From positions 100,006,001-100,070,000 of the forward strand of contig NC_043002.1 in assembly GCF_006345805.1 (NCBI RefSeq): 64,000 nt of DNA. The letters run 5' to 3'. Numbering within the stretch: position 1 is the first letter of the stretch; each line of letters opens with the position of its first letter. Source of the DNA: Octopus sinensis. Lineage: Eukaryota. Position numbers and translations under genes: made by a program. Below are positions 12,130 to 25,052 of the stretch, one piece after another. Below the pieces are notes generated by a model, which was given only the letters and a program-made list of their open reading frames with translations, ran no database searches and was not told the DNA's origin.

Positions 12130-13870
12130 CAATGGAAGGTAATAATACAAGTTCAAAATCTTGATGATCACAAGTTAATAACATTTTTGTGTTTTAATTT
12201 TATGACAATTTTGATAGCTGATACTAAGTTAGCTTTTACTCGGGTCGCTTCTTCTTCTGATATCCAGTCGCATTCTTCGTTTCCCTTCTCTAGTGAATCC
12301 CTTACAGCAACAAGATAAGAACACCTCATATTAAACGTGAAAAAGGAAACAGTAACATTAATTCTCACGCCAAACGGCTTAAATTTAAACATTTAGTGTT
12401 GGTCTTATCACACAATTCTATCATGGTTCCTTTTATTTTTAAAAGAATTCTGATTTCAAAAAATTCTCTTTAGTAGTTGATTCCATGTTCAGTTAGCAAC
12501 ATTATGACCAAAGCAGAAAATCTAAGAGAAAAGTGTGAGGACAACTATTTACAAATTACGCACAATGACAAATATAGCCAATTTTATTTCATGTTATTTA
12601 CACATTGTAGCGGGTTATGTGTTCTGGCCGTAATATTCGCTTGACATAACTCGAGAAATGTAACGAAACTAAATAATTTTATCGTTGAAGCAACACAAAT
12701 TATATTTATATTCAAGCTGATTATTTCATGTATTCAGTTTTTCGGCAAAATCTGCTAAGATAACTCACAAATATAACTAAAACGTTGTGTACTATAAACA
12801 GTGTGTTTATAGGCTTTAGCCTTTTTGACTTCAACAAATGGTCTAAAGTAAAATTTCTTACGAAGCAAGTTCTAAAACTGACAAAGGTTTGCCTCCTACA
12901 TATAACGTGATAGTCATTTCGGTTTGTCCTTTAAAACATCACTGAGTTTATCAAGCGGTTCCATGAAACTTTTTCAGACAGTTATTCGACAACAGCCATC
13001 TTACTGTAGTGTTGTCTGCTGTTTTATCTTCTATAAATTCTTTATTTACTGAGACACTCGCATTTATCATTATCCATGATACTGCTGATACATTCTTCTA
13101 TGGACTTCAATATTTCATTTAGAATTGGTGAAACGCTTTTGGCGACTGAGATTTTTTTTTACTGTGAATAAAGCTGTGCACAAACAGTATTTCTGAATTG
13201 TCGTCTTTCATCATTTTTAAACAGCCATCTTTCTTGCCCTTCAGAACAGATATTATCTGCAGCACAAGACACAATGTTTTTTTATTAGTTTATTGACATC
13301 CAAATAGGTTTTACATTATTGTAAATATCATGGTAGTAGTGATGTTGTCTAATGATTTGCAAAACATTTCCTCAAACAATCTTTCATGATCAATATATCT
13401 CACATATGCCAGCAATCGACTCACTGTCTCTTAGATTCATGCATCTGTATTGTGAATTTGCTTCAACATCTCTACTCATCTCCTTCTATTCTTCCACAAA
13501 CAGTATTGTTAATCGGTGGCATGTCTTTGACAATTTTGTCCTCCTTCTCCAGAACTGCGCTTAGAAAATGCGATTCAGTCTAGGTTTTGCTATCAGAAGA
13601 TAAAAAAGTTTTATAAGATGCCTCAATAATACCGTTATTAGTTGCATTTTACGAAGCGATCAATACTTTCGTTGTTGATGCGTTTTCAAATATTTCGTTC
13701 AGTGATTTAAAATTTTATGATTTGAAATTGCATGAAAACACTGTTTCGCTTTACAACCTGCTTTGAGATAGTTAGGTCTCACTGACTTTTGTGTAAAGAT
13801 TCAGAGGTAAATTTGTCGGAAAGGAAACCTAACTTTAAGTAAACAATGATGATCTATAGTTTTTTGTTGT
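12130..13870 (-). pseudogene. Decayed hAT transposase (Buster/SCAND3/ZBED5-like)
   Basis: Minus-strand fragments separated by frameshifts and stops: MPPINNTVCGRIE, LLAYVRYIDHERLFEEMFCKSL, KNIVSCAAD, GKKDGCLKMMKDDNSEILFVH, VRWLLSNNCLKKF, SYLV...KRRMRLDI. Element ends not defined. Confidence 0.8.
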
Positions 13871-15769
13871 TTTATTTTTCTTTATTTGCATAACTCATTT
13901 TCACTAAAGGATCAAGATCTTTTAAAGTAACCGCATTTGTGAATAGATAGACTCAACGCAAATATAATTTAAAACATGTTATAGCATATCTATTTTTCTG
14001 TCTACCAATCAATTTTAAATGTGCACCCTCCACAACACACACAGACACGTACATAGGCTTTTACACACAAATGAATATGCGTGTGTGTATCTTTCAAAAA
14101 TTTGGTACCCATATTATCGGTGCCTTTTCATCGAAAATTTAAGTTACAGCGGAGAGCACAAAAAATATTGATTGTCAGCTGAATATCAGAGGCAAACATT
14201 AAGTTGCACAAACGCTCGTAATCACATGTGCTTACAAATGTAAGTGTAAATTTGTTATTGTATCTGACCGTCAGCATTTGACAACCGGTGTCGGGTTTTT
14301 TACATCTCTATGAATCAGAAGTTCCACATTAAGAATCTGGCTAAGGAATACCAGTGAATATATCGACTAAACACTTGAAGGCGATGACCCAACATCCATA
14401 AACTTGGACCTGTAACAGAATACTCTTCCTTAAAGTGATGCACAGTGGAACTGAATTCCAGGCTGATTTCTAAAACGAAGTCCTTAACCATAAACCTATA
14501 CTTATGTATGTTCCAAATTTCAAGGCACATTTTTGCGCGTAAATAGTTGAAATTTTGTCTCGGCGTGTGATATTTTCTGAGAGCTTAAAAAGTTTATATT
14601 TTGTAATAATGAAAAATACATATCTACTACAAAACGAAATTATGTTTGTAATACATTGAAGGAAAAATGAAAATGTTTGTGTTTAAGTGGTGGGAGTGGA
14701 TATAAAAATATTAGAACCATTCGTATTATTTATTCACTGCCCATTCTTGTATGTGTGTAAGTATATAAAAATATGTACAATTGTTTTTGTAACGATGAAT
14801 GTGTATTTTTCTATACAAGAAAATTAATTTTGTTGGACGTTCCAATAATCTTATTTAAACACAATTGATCATAAAAGAAAAGCAGTAGTCTTTTAGAATA
14901 AGAACTATTCAATTCGTTTTATTCCGCTTTTGTTTGTATAACAATCATATATGCAGTGTTCTATGGAAATATTTTTGCTTCTTTAAAACATTTATGCATG
15001 TATGAAATTATACAGATATACGTCTGATTAGGTAGATGGCTAAAACACAATTACTTCCAGTTGTATTCTGCATAGACATTCAGTTTATATGTCGTCCGTG
15101 TATTTTTTGTTTTTCGTGATTTTGAGTAAAAACTAACTGATAACGATAATTTTTATGTCTATACGCTGCTATATGATTTTTTTAATTTTGTTTTTGCAAT
15201 TTTAAAATATGAATTTTCAACTACAACTCCTGTTGCATATCATTAAATTAGAACTTTACAAGTGGTATATATTTTTACAAGTGGTTCTGAAATAAAAACT
15301 CACATATACATTGGTCTCATTTTTACTTATTTTAATATACAATATTTTGGATTTATTTGTAGCACATTAGCGATTGAGAAGATACTCAATATTAGGATTA
15401 AGACTTAATTTATGGAGATACAGTATATGGTTATGGGTAGCGTTTAGGATTATGGATAGGATTTAGGGTTAATGTTTAAGGTAAGAGTTAAACAGAGATA
15501 TAAAATAAAATATTATTTGTGCAAGCATTTTGCAGGATCATGAGATCTTGTACTTACAACGGAGAAAATAGAAGAAATATTCATTAAAAATTTAAATAGA
15601 ATGAGTGGCTTGGAAGGACTTTACCTTGCACATCTGGAAAATGTTGTGCAACATTTCATAGTTCATGGTAAACTTGCAGAAATCAGCACAATTTCGTTAG
15701 AATCTGTGAAAGGACAACATGTATCAGCTCAGGATTTTTTCGTTAAGAACGCCAAATGTACAGTTTTAA

Positions 15770-16080
15770 TGTAGGATATTTGTTTTGAATATAGGCTGTG
15801 TAGTAGTTTTCTATTATAACCCGGGACTGAGCAAAGGGTTGTGAATGGATTTGAACCTAACACGGGAAGAAGGCCGTCGTGTGTGGTGTGGTGTATGTTT
15901 GTTCTACAGCAACACCCGACAGCCTGTGTTGGCTTGTTAGCGTCTCCATTATTCTGAAGGTCAACAAAAGTGTTCGTCCAATAGCTAAATTCCCTGAGTA
16001 AAAGAATATATACATGCATATAATGGCGGTGCTCAAGCATGGCCGCAATCACGTGACAGAAACAAAAGAATAAAAGAATA
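15770..16080 (+). mobile_element. Decayed SINE-B
   Basis: Ends in ggcggtgctcaagcatggccgcaatcacgtgacagaaacaaaagaata; degenerate head upstream. Confidence 0.55.
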
Positions 16081-16104
16081 ATATATGTATATATATGTAT
16101 ATAT

Positions 16105-16290
16105 AACGGGAAGCTTTATGAAAATAAACAAAAGACGAAGGCAGGTGGAAGACAAACGAACAATTGTATTAGTATGGCGCTCAGGAAATATAAATAAAAC
16201 AAGTCTTTAACGTTTCGAGCCTACGCTCTTCAACAGAAAGATACACAGAGAGAGAAAAACACAGAAAGAAGGAGAGAAAAAAAAAAGGTT
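16105..16290 (-). mobile_element. Penelope-like 3' fragment with hammerhead motif (family variant 2)
   Basis: Near-identical to 53629-53810 and 60336-60510; abuts (TA)n; motif at 16204-16241. Confidence 0.7.
16204..16241 (-). ncRNA. Minimal type I hammerhead-like motif, A6U core variant
   Basis: TCTTT-CTGTTGA-A-GAGC-gtag-GCTC-GAAAC-GT-T-AAAGA: 5-bp helix I, 4-bp helix II, palindromic ACGT helix III. Confidence 0.6.
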
Positions 16291-16557
16291 AACATAGGGC
16301 GCAACAAACATCAGAAAATCCCCAAAAAAAAACGTGTGCAACAGGTGCAAAACAACTTCCCACGAACGAACACGAAAAAAAAAAAAAAATTCGCGCACGC
16401 GAAAGGGGGGCGGGGGAGAGGCCCCGGAAAACTCACATTGGGAAGTTCCGAAAGCGTCCGAGGGGCCGACCCGGGCACCAAAACAAAAAAAAAAACAGTG
16501 TAATATGTGTAAAACAACTTGCTCCAAACGAATATGAAAAAAAAAAAAAAAAATGCG

Positions 16558-16588
<31 letters not shown>

Positions 16589-17470
16589 ATGGTGCTATCA
16601 AGTTAGACATGGCCTGGGCCAATAATGGCCGAAACCTATTAAAGTATATATATGCATATGCCTAATAACAATGGTGTTAAGGATAGTCTGAGGAAACATA
16701 CCTTGTCTATTTATACACAGAAAAAGGGAAATCTTCAAATTTCCAATAAAATGAAAATACAAAATATTTACGTGATTATATTTAATAATTTGTCTAACAC
16801 TTGAAGACGCTGGAACAATCCAATTTCTTTTATGTACAGAAAACTAAGCTGGTATGAATGTTGCAGGGTGTGACGCCAATTAAATATTGTGAGGCTATTT
16901 CTGCGACATTTCATGGTCAAATATGATAGGGTTGTCCAGGAACGTGTCCAATCGCCCCTTCATCTGACATCAAATTAAACACATTACACACAGAACACGA
17001 GCACGTCACTTGGCATCACTGATAATTGACATTAAATTGTCATGTATCTCACGTTAGTCAATATGCACCAAAATGTCATAGCTGTCAGAGCAACATACTT
17101 TGGACTTCTTCCTTATATTAGTGGCACAAGATTCCACAAGCGCAAAACAAATTCATGAATATAATGACGTAATTGCTATATTTCCTTATATCTCCTCGAA
17201 AAGCGTGTAGACTTTTTCGGTTTGTATCCAAATAAACTGAAGTACATTTCTTCCTGACTATCAATATTGTTATTACTCATATATTATTCTGTACAGTAAC
17301 AACGATATTTTAATCCTAATTATGCGTGTTTACATAATGTCGGAATGAACAGCTTACTTCCAAAGCCAGAATACAACAACACCATGACCTCGGAGAAATT
17401 TTTTTCGGAAATATCTAAGATGATATTGTTTATCACAAAACAAAATACAATATCCGGTAATATATATATA

Positions 17471-17691
17471 CACGGTTGGGTAAAAGTCAGCCGATAGTAT
17501 ATCAAAATTCAATAAATAATATCTGTAATTTTGTATTGATTCGTAAGGGAAAACGTGTCGCTCAAGAAGGGCAATTTTCCTGATGTTTCACATTTAGATT
17601 ATTTTATTAAATTCATTCAGTTGTTAAACATAAATAAATCTTGGAATTAAATAGCTCTGGTTTACTGTTAGGTAACTTTTGACCAACCCTG
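17471..17691. mobile_element. Tc1/mariner-type MITE
   Basis: TIRs cacggttgggtaaaagt / acttttgaccaaccctg, TA on both sides, no ORF. Confidence 0.75.
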
Positions 17692-17701
17692 TATATATAT
17701 A

Positions 17702-17905
17702 TGTGTGTTTATGTGTCTGTGTTTGTCCCCCTAGCATTGCTTGACAACCGATGCTGGTGTGTTTACGTCCCCGTCACTTAGCGGTTCGGCAATAGAGACC
17801 GATAGAATAAGGACTGGGCTTACAAAGAATAAGTTCCGGGGTCGATTTGCTCGACTAAAGGCGGTGCTCCAGCATGGCCGCAGTCAAATGACTGAAACAA
17901 GTAAA
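17702..17905 (+). mobile_element. SINE-B 3' arm (5'-truncated)
   Basis: Matches 9467-9660 closely. Confidence 0.9.
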
Positions 17906-17911
17906 AAAAAA

Positions 17912-17942
<31 letters not shown>

Positions 17943-17947
<5 letters not shown>

Positions 17948-18230
17948 ACTCTCCGGTGGAAAATAACATATGAGCGTTGAGCTTTTGCCGAGGGACGTGC
18001 ACAAAGGATTTGTTTGAAGAGATCAAATGTTCCATCACTCTCTCCATTAAATTGACGTTGTTTGAACATGAGCAGGGTATACCACGCGTTAAGTGTCAAA
18101 GTGATCGCAGAGCAACGTGAGATGAAGTGACTTGCTCAAGAAAACAACGCATCATTCGGTGTAGGGATTGAATTCACGTTCACTAGATCATGAGTGCATC
18201 ATCCTAATCACTAAGGCATACGTGCATCCA
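17943..18230 (-). mobile_element. SINE-C head with tail type 3
   Basis: Minus: ccttagtgattagg...gaattcaatccc...ttcttgagcaagtcacttcatctcacgttgct, like 47624-47762, then an unrelated tail. Confidence 0.6.
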
Positions 18231-18322
18231 GCCCACATTATAAATATATATATATATATAATATATATATATATATTAAATTGATATTAAAATTAATATT
18301 AATTTATCTCCCTCAATTTTTA

Positions 18323-18362
<40 letters not shown>

Positions 18363-18366
<4 letters not shown>

Positions 18367-18931
18367 CCTTTCTGCTATAGGCACAAGGCCAGAATTTTGT
18401 GGGGAGGGTGGCAGTCGATTATATTGACTGTAGTACTCAACTGGTACTTAATTTATTGACTCCCGAAAGGATGAAATGTAAATCGAACTCGGCAGAGTTT
18501 GAACACAGAACGTAATGGAAGAACAAATAACGCTAAGTATTTCGCCCAACGTGATAACGATTCTGCCTGCTCGCTACCTTTGGAGGGGAGGGAACAGTCG
18601 ATTACAGTGACCCCCAGTGTGTAACTGATACTCAATTTATCGACCCCGAAAGGCAAAGTCGACCCTGGTGACGTTTGAACACAAAACGTGATGTCGGACG
18701 AAATACTTATTTCTTTACTACCCACAAGGGGCTAAACACAGAGAGGAAAAACAAGGACACCCAAACGGATTAAATCGATTATATCTACCCCACTGGTAAT
18801 TATTTAATCGACCCCGAAAGGATGAATGGCAAAGTCGACCTCGGCAAAATTTAAACTCAGAACATAGCGGCAGACGAAGTACCGCTAAGCATTTCGCCGG
18901 CATGCTAACGATTCTGCCGGCTCACCGCCTT
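18363..18931 (-). mobile_element. Tandem of three SINE-A units
   Basis: Three copies of the central domain; full head at 18931; dimer-type junction at 18707/18708; third unit with head and tail type 2. Confidence 0.85.
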
Positions 18932-18939
18932 CTTATATT

Positions 18940-18944
<5 letters not shown>

Positions 18945-19019
<75 letters not shown>

Positions 19020-19344
19020 TGTATATATATATGTGTATGTATATATGTGTGTGTGTATATATATATATGTGTGTGTGTGTATATATATATATGTGTGTAT
19101 ATATATATGTGTGTATATATATGTGTGTATATATATATACGTGTGTGTATATATGTATGTGTATATATGTGTGTATATATATATGTATATATATATGTGT
19201 GTATATATATATATGTATATACATATGTGTATATATATATGTGTGTATATATGTATATATATGTGTGTATATATATATATGTATGTATATATATTTATAT
19301 ATATATATATCGTCTTCCCTTCTATTGGACTTTCCTCTGTTTCT

Positions 19345-19430
<86 letters not shown>
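18945..19430. repeat. (CT)n/(TA)n/(TG)n compound microsatellite
   Basis: Direct inspection. Confidence 0.95.
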
Positions 19431-19434
<4 letters not shown>

Positions 19435-19572
19435 AAATACAGCGAAAACACAAGGCACAAAAAGAATCCTTCAAAAGTTTCATGCACAATGTACCCAAGA
19501 CTGATTTGAACTCTCTTATTTTCCTCTTCTTTTGATATCAGTTGACTCATAATTTTTATAAAATTATGTTGT

Positions 19573-19875
19573 ATTTGTTTCACTAAATAGACTGTGGCCG
19601 TGCTGGGACACCGCCTTGAAGAACTTTTAGTCGAATGAATCGACCCCTAGTACTTTATTTTTAAGCTGGGTACTTAAATCGTTCGCTTTTTTCCGAAATG
19701 CTAAACACACCAACTCCGGTGGTTAAGCGGTAATGGGAGAGAAGCAGACACACACTCACACGATGAGCTTCTGTCAATTTCCGTCTATAAGATCCGCACA
19801 CAAATCTTTGGTCGGTCCGAAGCTAAGGTGCCACACAGTGGAAATGAACCAGGAACCGTGTTTGGGAAGCAAATT
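19573..19875 (-). mobile_element. Decayed SINE-B
   Basis: gactgtggccgtgctgggacaccgcc...gaccgatc-like arm...gaaccaggaaccgtgtttgggaagc. Confidence 0.7.
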
Positions 19876-22759
19876 TTTTAAATATGTTTTATTTTTCATA
19901 CATTCAAATGATTACCTAATGGGATCTATCTGATAACAATATACACAATTTGCTGCTGGTGTATTCTGGTACGTTTTATAATTAATTTCCAGACAGGCAT
20001 TATATATTTTGTTGCAATCCAGGAATTTTGTACACAAAACTAGGTCTATATATTAACACGCCAAATTTCCATTTGTAGGTATTTTTATTCTGGTTTTGTG
20101 ACGATATAGTGACCCGCATTTGTAAATTGACATGTACCATATAGTAGCATTCCACTAAAATACTGTTAAAATGTTTTTACCTCTACCGAGTGTTTTGTTG
20201 TTGTTTGCCTTAAACAAGCATCGCATTCGTAATTAAAGTCTTTAATTTATAACATTAGCTGATAATACTTAAAAGTTAATTTGGCGATGTTAAGCCTGAT
20301 TTTGTAAATTATGGTACACTACAGAGGACACTAACTACAGGACTTTTGTTAATCATTCGTTGGTTACTCGGTGTTGCAGGACAGCTAACCGTTTGGCACG
20401 ATGTTGAGGATTCTTGTATTAGTACAGTTGGCTATTTTCATTCCTTTTAAAATCCTTTCAGCTTTGTCAGTCTTACTTCTTTGCTTCTCACATCATCAAC
20501 ACTAAAACTTTTCCGGCTTGACGTTGACTAACTTTATGTATTTTGGGGTGCAAAGATTTAAAGCTCTGATACATATGTGCGTCTTATATCTCTTGTCATA
20601 ATATTATTTTTTCATCCATTATATCGGTAAATAGTAATTTTATAGATTTTTTTCCCTACTGTAAATGTATGGTTTTGGTGGAAGTTGTTGAAAATGACAA
20701 TGGGTTCTTCTAAAGTCTCTACAGTTATCAGGAAACTTTTCTGCGAACTTTCTCTGTACATTCTAAAATTTACTATATTCTATTATAGTTTTTGTTCCAA
20801 ATATCGTATAATGAAACCCACCAAATATCGCCCTAAATTTTGCTAACATTTTGCTAGATATTGTTACTCAGTAAATATTTACCAATATATAACAACAATT
20901 ATTATATAAACATTTATGTGACAATAGGTACTTATGAAAAGGCAAAGGAAGATTGAACATTGAATTGTGAATATCAGGTTGTGTTATACATTGATTGACT
21001 GTTATGTGCAGATAGTTGCCTATATATATATGTTGCAATCTTCGTTTGTATTTGAGCAATCAGGGCTATATGATTCAGTTTTTGAATGATATAAGAGCAC
21101 TCGCATTCCCCCATTTTTAGAGAACATTGCATTCCCCATATTCAAGTGTATCTAGGCAGTGTTTGCTGCCATCAACACTTCATTGATTATCTTGACTCTG
21201 TTTTTTACGATCTTAGACGTAAACATTTCTTCGTTGTCATCTCGATTCTAGCACTTCCTTCTCCTGAACATCGTTTGCATGTAAGCAATAACATTTAAAA
21301 ATACGGAAGAATTTACAAAATAGTCTACACTATTTTACCATCGAGAAGACTCATGCAAAACGACAAATAACACTAACTAGTAATGCTGATATACTTACTA
21401 ATTTTAAACAATTTTCAAACAGAATTACTTTTTAAAATATGCACAAATCACGTGGTATATAGGTTACTAATAATGATGCATATCCGTCATCCAGCGCTGG
21501 CTATTCTGTTATAAGAACAACTGAATCAACGTGTACGTGGTTGAGCATTTCACAGTCACGTATACCTTCACATAATTTTAGTTAGAATGTGTGTGGCAAG
21601 GTTGACATTGTTACAATACATATGCCGAACTTCCAAACAGTTTTCCTTCTCCCAGTTTCCATCAAGTCTATGGATAGACCCGAGGCTAAATGTTTAGAAA
21701 ATGGCACTTGCACTCTATATAACGCAGTAGGATAGGACATGAGGTCTCGTTGTTGCGACGCAAAATTCTTAACCTTTCAATTATACTGCGTTTACACTGA
21801 TTTCTAACAAACAAATATACTGGTAAGAGACCTAAATTATATATACGAGTTACAAACACGAATTTGAAGAACAGAATGGATCTCACCCCCAAACAGTATC
21901 AATGAGTGTTGACTCTACTACAGAATAAAGAGTCGTTTTCACCATTTTTCTGCTGGCAGCAAATTTCCCCTCGAGATGTCACCAAAATATTTCTCAGGTG
22001 GTGTGTACTTATGTCAAAAGCTACGCCACATTTCACATTACTTTGAAAATCCACGGCTGGCCACACTGAACGAGTGTCTTCTACAATTAAGAGAGTGATT
22101 GGCAGTAAATTTTAAAATTTCATTAAATAATAGTTATTATTTATAGACTAATTTCTATCAGTGGTCTGATAGGTGGTTGGGTCCGGTCACGGAAAAATGG
22201 GTTTAATGCCTGTTCACCAAACGTCATAGCGTGATCTTTACCTACTGTCGTTCGCCAGTTGAGCGCCAAGGTTTCACCCCTTTTGCACTCTCAATTCAGC
22301 GCAGTCTTCCGTAACCAAAGTCTTCGTGTGCCGAACTCATATTGTCTCTTTTCGCGCTTGATGTTTACGCCATTACACGTCTCCGTGATGATACACTACT
22401 AACGTCCCATCTCGCGAGTTTCAATCTCGACAATATATCGAATACTCTTGCACACATGAATCACTATAGGACGATAATTTAAGATGGTGCATCAGTAACG
22501 TTTCGCACCATTTCGGTTGACTAGTAATCAAATGTCACTGTCGAGTAATTGAGTGGTGCAACAACAAGACCTCACCTCTGGTGGTGCCAAAGGTGCACGC
22601 ACACATGCACACAGTGACACGCCCTCAGGGATAGGGATACGCCTCTCTCTCTCTCCACATATTATACCCCTGCGTAAATATTTCGTTTTATTGTAGTAAA
22701 TTTACGTTACATCCACCACCTGTGGATGTTGAACCCTACATTGGTATGTTGTAACTTGG

Positions 22760-23024
22760 ATTGTCTGTCTTTCACAGTTTCCCTTTTCCTCTTCTTATGT
22801 TGCATCACCCTCTCTGTTTCTCTGTATACCTAGTTATCTATCTCTTCCCATGTCACCGTATTACTCTCCATCATTTTCTCTCTCTCCTCCCATTCGTCGA
22901 TATGTTCGTCTTTGTGTGTAGTTTGTGTTTGTATGTTTGTCTGTCAGTCTTTATACACGTTTCTCTGAACGTTTCTATTAATCCCTAAATTTAATCCATT
23001 CTTTTTCTATTATTATCCTTCTAC

Positions 23025-23066
<42 letters not shown>

Positions 23067-23645
23067 AGTTGTTCCTATTCTACTTTTTCCCGCTCTTTCT
23101 ATTGTTCTTCCCTCTCTCTCATCTTCTATCTAACTCACTCTATCTCTCTCATTTACCTCTCCTATTCTCCCCGCCAGTCCCTCACTCTATTCTTCACTAG
23201 TCTCCTCCTTTAATCTCAACATTCTTCTGTCTTCTCTTCGTTCAAATTCTCCTTCTCCCACTTTTTTACTCTTCTCTCCATTCCTTCTGTAATTCACTTT
23301 CCACCTTCTTAGCCACACAGCTGTTTCTCTCACCTTATCATATTTCTATACACCATGCATTCTGTCATCTTTCATTTGATTATCCACCGCTATTTTTTTC
23401 CTTCAGCCATCTGTTTCACCTCTTCATTTCGTCCTGTCGTTATTTCTTTTCGTCCTTCCTTCTGTATTGCTTTCTCTAGCTATCCATCTATCACTCATTC
23501 TACCTCCACCTTCATACTACTATTGACTGTACTTTTACTACTAATACAGCTACTACTGTTGCTTATACCACTACTATCACTACCATTACTACTTCACCTC
23601 TACATTATTCTTGGTTATCTATCGACTCTTTCAAACACTCTTATG

Positions 23646-23676
<31 letters not shown>

Positions 23677-23680
23677 GTCT
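22760..23680. repeat. Pyrimidine-rich tract with (TATC)n, (CTA)n and (CT)n, followed by a purine-rich block to about 23940
   Basis: Direct inspection. Confidence 0.8.
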
Positions 23681-24938
23681 TCTATGATACCGCCTCCTAT
23701 TTTTTTTAAATCTACTATTGACTCTCACTCCATATTAGAGACAGATAGACACATATACGGACTGAGTGAGAGAAGTATAGAAATAAACGTAGAGGTGAAG
23801 AAGAAATATAGGGATAATGGAAGAGAGAGGGGGAACAAAATAAAGGTAGAAAGAAAAAGAAGAAAGCTAGAGGTAGAGAGACATACGGAGAGAAACAGTG
23901 ACAGATACACAAAGAAATGAGAGAGAGAGAGCGAGAAAGCGAACGGCGTGCGCATCTACAAGCATAACAACCAACCAACCAATAGTGTATGTGTCTGATG
24001 TCCGTAAACTAAGCGCTAACGACAAACATAGCTTCGCTTACAGTTTTCATAACAAACTGCTAGAAATAACAGAAGGCAAGAAATAATACAAAGCTCAGAA
24101 AGCATAACAAAAAAAAAAACTTACATAACAAATATCACGAAAGGAAAACATTCAACGAGCAAGAGCAGACCAATACATACGACATCAAAGTGTGTCTTTT
24201 ATATATATATATATATATATATAGATATATATATATATATATATATATACTTTATAATATTCTATATATTTAAAGAATTGAAAGCAAAGAAGTGTGGTGA
24301 TACAGTTTCTAAAATAAGGTGTCCGCATGCAAAGTCAAAGAGAAATATATTTTTTTAAAACATATTATTATTATTATATAATTATATAACGATAAAAACC
24401 GACGCAAGTAAAGCATGGACGGATATATATGTACACGCATGTTAATACTACAAACAATAATATAGAAGAAAATTGACAACAACAGCAATAATAATTAATA
24501 CTTATAATAATAATAACAATAATAATAATTATTATATTTTTCAACTATTTGTTAAGTTCATAAATAAAAAAAAAACTATACTTATAATTAAAGGTGTTTT
24601 AATTTTAGTACCAGTAGTAGTGGTGGTGGTCATAGTAGTATCATCATCATCACCCTTATTATCTTTATTAAACCATTAAGCTCATTTTAAACGAATTGGT
24701 CGGATAAACATCAAAGAGATCCATATTTATTTTTCTGCCTTCCTTTTGCTACTGTTGTGTTTCATTACTACCTGCTACTGTTATTGTCTTCGTCGTTAGT
24801 CGTAGTAGCAGAATTAGTATTACTAACATTGTTATTGTTGTTGTTTGTATTATTATTATCATTATTATTACTATTATTACTATCATTATTATTATTGTTG
24901 TTGTTCCCAAGACATGGCAAATGCCTTCGTGACATCTT

Positions 24939-25052
24939 ATGGCAAACATGTTTAACCCTTACAGAGTACAGGAATCCGATGGTAATTTCTTTGAGAGCTT
25001 TACAGCGTTGTCATGGAGACAAGAAAACAAACGTCTACGTGCTACATCAGAG
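24939..25052 (+). CDS. Candidate coding exon of an unidentified gene (MANMFNPYRVQESDGNFFESFTALSWRQENKRLRATSE)
   Basis: Non-repetitive open frame ending at a strong donor GAG|gtgagt (25052/25053). It could start at ATG 24939, or at acceptors cttacag| (24965) or gtacag| (24972). Gene not recognised. Confidence 0.5.

Noticed and set aside
15428-15490. Degenerate TTAGGG-like run
   Set aside because: Only one exact TTAGGG; too decayed to call an interstitial telomere.
20330-21280. Coding-looking AT-rich stretch on the minus strand
   Set aside because: Many stops and no motif I can assign; possibly an old transposon.
22485-22510. tggtgc-GAAACGTTACTGATG-cacca hairpin resembling a permuted hammerhead
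   Set aside because: No helix I and the core is CUGAUGC; topology is impossible.
22571-22588. CTCF-like CCACCAGAGG on the minus strand
   Set aside because: The 3' half (GGCGC) is missing; match too short.
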